Positions 15,324 to 17,826 of a stretch of 17,826 nucleotides of DNA are shown here, one piece after another (within the stretch, counting starts at the first letter, position 1; the number at the start of each line of letters is the position of its first letter). Both the position numbers and the translations under genes were made by a program. Source of the DNA: Candidatus Rokuibacteriota bacterium (GTDB taxonomy: Bacteria > Methylomirabilota > Methylomirabilia > Rokubacteriales > CSP1-6); assembly GCA_016184305.1 (NCBI GenBank), contig JACPCX010000160.1, positions 1 through 17,826 on the forward strand, written 5' to 3'. The notes beneath the pieces were generated by a model. It was given only the letters and a program-made list of their open reading frames with translations, had not been told where the DNA came from and did no database searches.

Positions 15324-16955
15324 GTGGCCCCCATGGTACGCCGATTCGCCCTCCTCGCGACAGTCATCCTGACCCTCGCGCCCGGCGCGCCCGGACCGCT
15401 GAGCGCCCAGACGAGCGTCACGGTGCAGGAGGCGCTGCTGCGCGCCAAGCCCGCCGTCGTGCTCGTGATCGCCGAGGTGTCCGCGGAGGTCACGCTCAAC
15501 TGCGGCGGCGGCCCCACCACCGTGACGCCGCCGGTGTTCCGCGAGACCGGCACCGGGTGGTTCGTGGACGGCCGGGGGTGGATCATCACCAACGGGCATG
15601 TGGTGCAGCCCGCGCACACGCCGCCCCGCTGGCTCGTGAATCAGCAGGCCCAGCGTGCGGTGACGACGGCATGCCTGGCGAAGGTGCTGCAGCGCCAGGG
15701 CATCACCCCGGGCGAGCGTCCCGATGTCGAGGACGCGGTGAAGCGCCGGCTGCTGGACCAGGTGCTGCCGACGACGAAGGTGAAGCTCAACCCGCAGGTG
15801 TCGGTGGTCATCTCGAGCGGCGCGCGCTTCAAGGCCGAGGTGAAGAAGTACAGCCCGCCGGTGAGCAACGAGCCCGGCGTCATGTCCGGACGGGATCTGG
15901 CGCTCCTCCTGATCCCCGGCGCGGAGTTCCCCGTGCTTCCCCTGGCCGACTCCAAGGTCGGGCGGATCGGCGACCCCATCCACATTCTCGGCTTCCCCGG
16001 CGTGGTGCTCTCCCACGAGCTCCTGAACAAGTCGGCCAGCGTCGAGGCCTCGGTGACCAACGGCGCCGTGTCCGGGTTCAAGCAGGACGTGACCAACCAG
16101 CCCGTGATCCAGACCGACGCGCCCGCGGCCTGGGGCAACTCGGGCGGGCCCGCGGTGGACCAGAAGGGCGCCGTGCTGGGCGTGCTCACCTTCGTGTCGC
16201 TGGCGCCGGGGCCCGAGGGCTCCATCGTCCAGGGCTTCAACTTCGTCATCCCCTCGGACGCGGTCCGCGAGTTCGTCAAGGGGACCGAGGTGAAGATCGA
16301 GGGAAAGAGCAAGTTCACGGAAGCATGGTTCAGGGGGCTCCGGGAGTTCTTCAGCGAGGACTGGAAGGCCGCCGCGCGGCACTTCGAGGCGGCGGACAAG
16401 CTGGTGCCGAACCTGCCCGACGTCAAGCGGGTCCTGGGAGAGGCGCGCGAGAACATCAAGAACCCGCCGCCGCGGCCCTTCCCGTGGTTCTGGGTGGCGG
16501 TGGGGGTCACCCTGCTGAGCGGGGCCGGCTATGGCGGCCAGTTCGGGCTGCGCTGGCACAGGAACCGCTACCGGATCCAGCCCTCGGAGGTGATCCGGAT
16601 GCTGGAGGCGGGCAAGGCGCCCATCGTGCTGGACGTGCGCAGGACGGAGGTGTACGAGGCCCTGCCGCTCAAGATCCCGAACTCGGTGCGGCTCGCTCCC
16701 GAGGAATTGGCGAGCGGCGTGAGCGGGCTCGAGCTCGACACCAACCGCCCGGTGGTCGCCTACTGTACCTGACACGACGAGGCCACGAGCGCCCGTGTGG
16801 CGCGCGATCTCAGGAAGCTCGGGTTCAAGGACGTCCGCATCCTCAAGGGCGGCCTCGGGGCCTGGACCAACGCGGGGCTTCCCATCGAGACCCGCTCGGA
16901 CATCTCCGCCGTGGGGCTCGAGCTCTACAAGGCGCTCGCCGGCGGCAACGTCTGA
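15324..16955 (+). CDS. Membrane-anchored trypsin-like serine protease-TPR-TM-rhodanese fusion, probable selenoprotein (Sec at TGA 16770-16772), ~543 aa
   Basis: Signal peptide (start GTG 15324 or ATG 15333), triad ITNGHVV / RDLALL / GNSGGP, TPR-like helices, TM FPWFWVAVGVTLLSGAGY. Rhodanese IVLDVR...IP.S...VVAYCT*HDEATSARVARDLRKLGFKDVRILKGGLGAWTNAGLPIE continues in frame to TGA 16953-16955. Confidence 0.82.
16773..16802 (+). promoter_or_regulatory. Candidate bacterial SECIS element
   Basis: GCCAC (16782-16786) pairs with GTGGC (16797-16801). An upper GC/GU stem would close a GCCC loop (16791-16794) starting with G, 18 nt after the UGA. Folded by eye only. Confidence 0.55.
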
Positions 16956-16966
16956 GGGCGGGCCGG

Positions 16967-17003
16967 AAACGAAAGCGGGGAGGCCCGTTCCCGAGCCTCC
17001 CCG
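16967..17003 (-). terminator. Terminator-like hairpin (U-rich tail on the minus strand, possibly bidirectional)
   Basis: Perfect 9-bp stem CGGGGAGGC (16976-16984)/GCCTCCCCG (16995-17003), followed on the minus strand by CTTTCGTTT. Confidence 0.55.
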
Positions 17004-17011
17004 AAGCATCC

Positions 17012-17130
17012 CCCCGAAACGCCCAACGGCGTTTGGGGCCCACTACGTCATGCCGGGCCCCGCAGGGCGACCGGCGGCGGGCTAAAAAGCCCGTCCTCAG
17101 GTAGTTGGGTTTTCCTGGCGACCCGAGCTT
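17012..17130. other. Multi-hairpin structured non-coding element of unknown class
   Basis: Hairpin 17012-17038. Three-way junction closed by 17039-17046/17101-17109, with internal hairpins 17052-17075 and 17076-17095. Confidence 0.5.
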
Positions 17131-17477
17131 CCGCCTCTCCCAGCCGTCGCGCAAGCCCCCAGTGGCCTCGGTGCGTCAGCCTCGCTGCGTCAACGGGCTA
17201 CGAGCAGCCGGACCAGCGACATGACTAGGAGCACGAGCATTCGATCTTACGGTTCCAGTGGTCCACGTCGGAGCCTCCGCATCTCTTGTGTCGACTGGCC
17301 CGGCAGTCGTCCGACAGGCCAGATTCTCCCAGGGGTTCCGGGGCACATCCCGAGCGGCTGAAAGTCCATCGCTGCGGGCATAATCGTCTCCTGGCACGCC
17401 AGCCTGGCGATTTCGCCCGGCCTTCAGATGCGTTCGTCCGGCGCCCGCCGCGCCGAGTGACCGCGGCACGCCAGGGC

Positions 17478-17826
17478 TCAGGGACCGACCGTGCCCGCAG
17501 GGGCCCGGGCGGCGGACCCGGCCGCTGGCCGCGCCGTCGTCTCGGCCTCGGCCAGCCGCTCCTGGCGCCGGCCAAGCCACCAGCCGTTGATTACCCAGGC
17601 CACGGACAGCGGCACCGCCACCCAGGCCGCCGCGCCCATCCCCAACCCCAAGGCGCCGAGCAGGCCCCATGACCACGCGCCCAGCTGGTCGCCGGCCCGG
17701 TACATGACGGTGTCGATGAAGTTCTTGGCCTTGTACTTGTCCTCGCGGGCGACGACGGTGAAGAGCACCTCGCGCGTCGGCCGCGCCAGCGCGAAGTTGC
17801 CGGTGCGCCGCGCGACCTGGAAGGCC
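17478..17826 (-). CDS. NTP/NDP-exchange (NTT/TLC)-like MFS transporter, C-terminal part
   Basis: AFQVARRTGNFALARPTREVLFTVVAREDKYKAKNFIDTVMYRAGDQ followed by hydrophobic helices. The ORF is open to the window end. Confidence 0.85.
   Translation of the reverse strand, partial: AFQVARRTGNFALARPTREVLFTVVAREDKYKAKNFIDTVMYRAGDQLGAWSWGLLGALGLGMGAAAWVAVPLSVAWVINGWWLGRRQERLAEAETTARPAAGSAARAPAGTVGP

Noticed and set aside
16770..16772. Genome-wide TGA reassignment (Trp/Gly) as the explanation for the read-through
   Set aside because: TGA is the normal stop of many complete genes here (7857, 8751, 9664, 11983, 13426), and Trp is encoded by TGG throughout.
17039..17109. Hammerhead ribozyme (CTGAGGA on the minus strand in a three-way junction)
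   Set aside because: The required GAAA after stem II is absent.
17105..17170. Cobalamin riboswitch-like words on the minus strand (GCCACTG...GGGAGAGGC...GCCAGGA)
   Set aside because: The upstream conserved core (GGGAA, CCCGCAACTGT-like) is not seen, and no gene lies downstream on that strand.

Overview
Very GC-rich bacterial chromosomal window. The repeat style and gene content suggest a Rokubacteria/Methylomirabilota-like soil organism, which is only an inference. Left half: a minus-strand operon (CocE/NonD hydrolase, M24 peptidase-like, minimal PEP-synthase-like dikinase, acyl-CoA dehydrogenase-like, Zn-ADH-like), several members with non-canonical active sites. It is divergent from an isochorismatase-family hydrolase and a PuuE-like deacetylase. 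Middle: an NTF2/DUF4440 protein with a histone-H1-like tail, a 58-aa DUF1059-like protein missed by the ORF track, and an AtuA-family gene. These are followed by a MazE/MazF-type TA pair bracketed by a 139-bp ~90%-identical direct repeat of the atuA-end/xth-start junction, an internally deleted xth, and lhgO. Right: a palindromic REP/MITE-like element, a stand-alone cNMP-binding protein and the top finding. That finding is a signal peptide + trypsin-like protease + TPR-like + TM + rhodanese protein whose apparent stop (TGA 16770-16772) lies in the rhodanese active-site loop (YCT-U-HDEATSA). The TGA is followed by 60 more in-frame rhodanese codons and a SECIS-like hairpin, so this is a probable selenoprotein. 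The window ends with ~520 bp of structured non-coding DNA and the 3' end of an NTT/MFS transporter. Several orphan gene fragments occur in intergenic gaps. No tRNA, rRNA or CRISPR array was seen.
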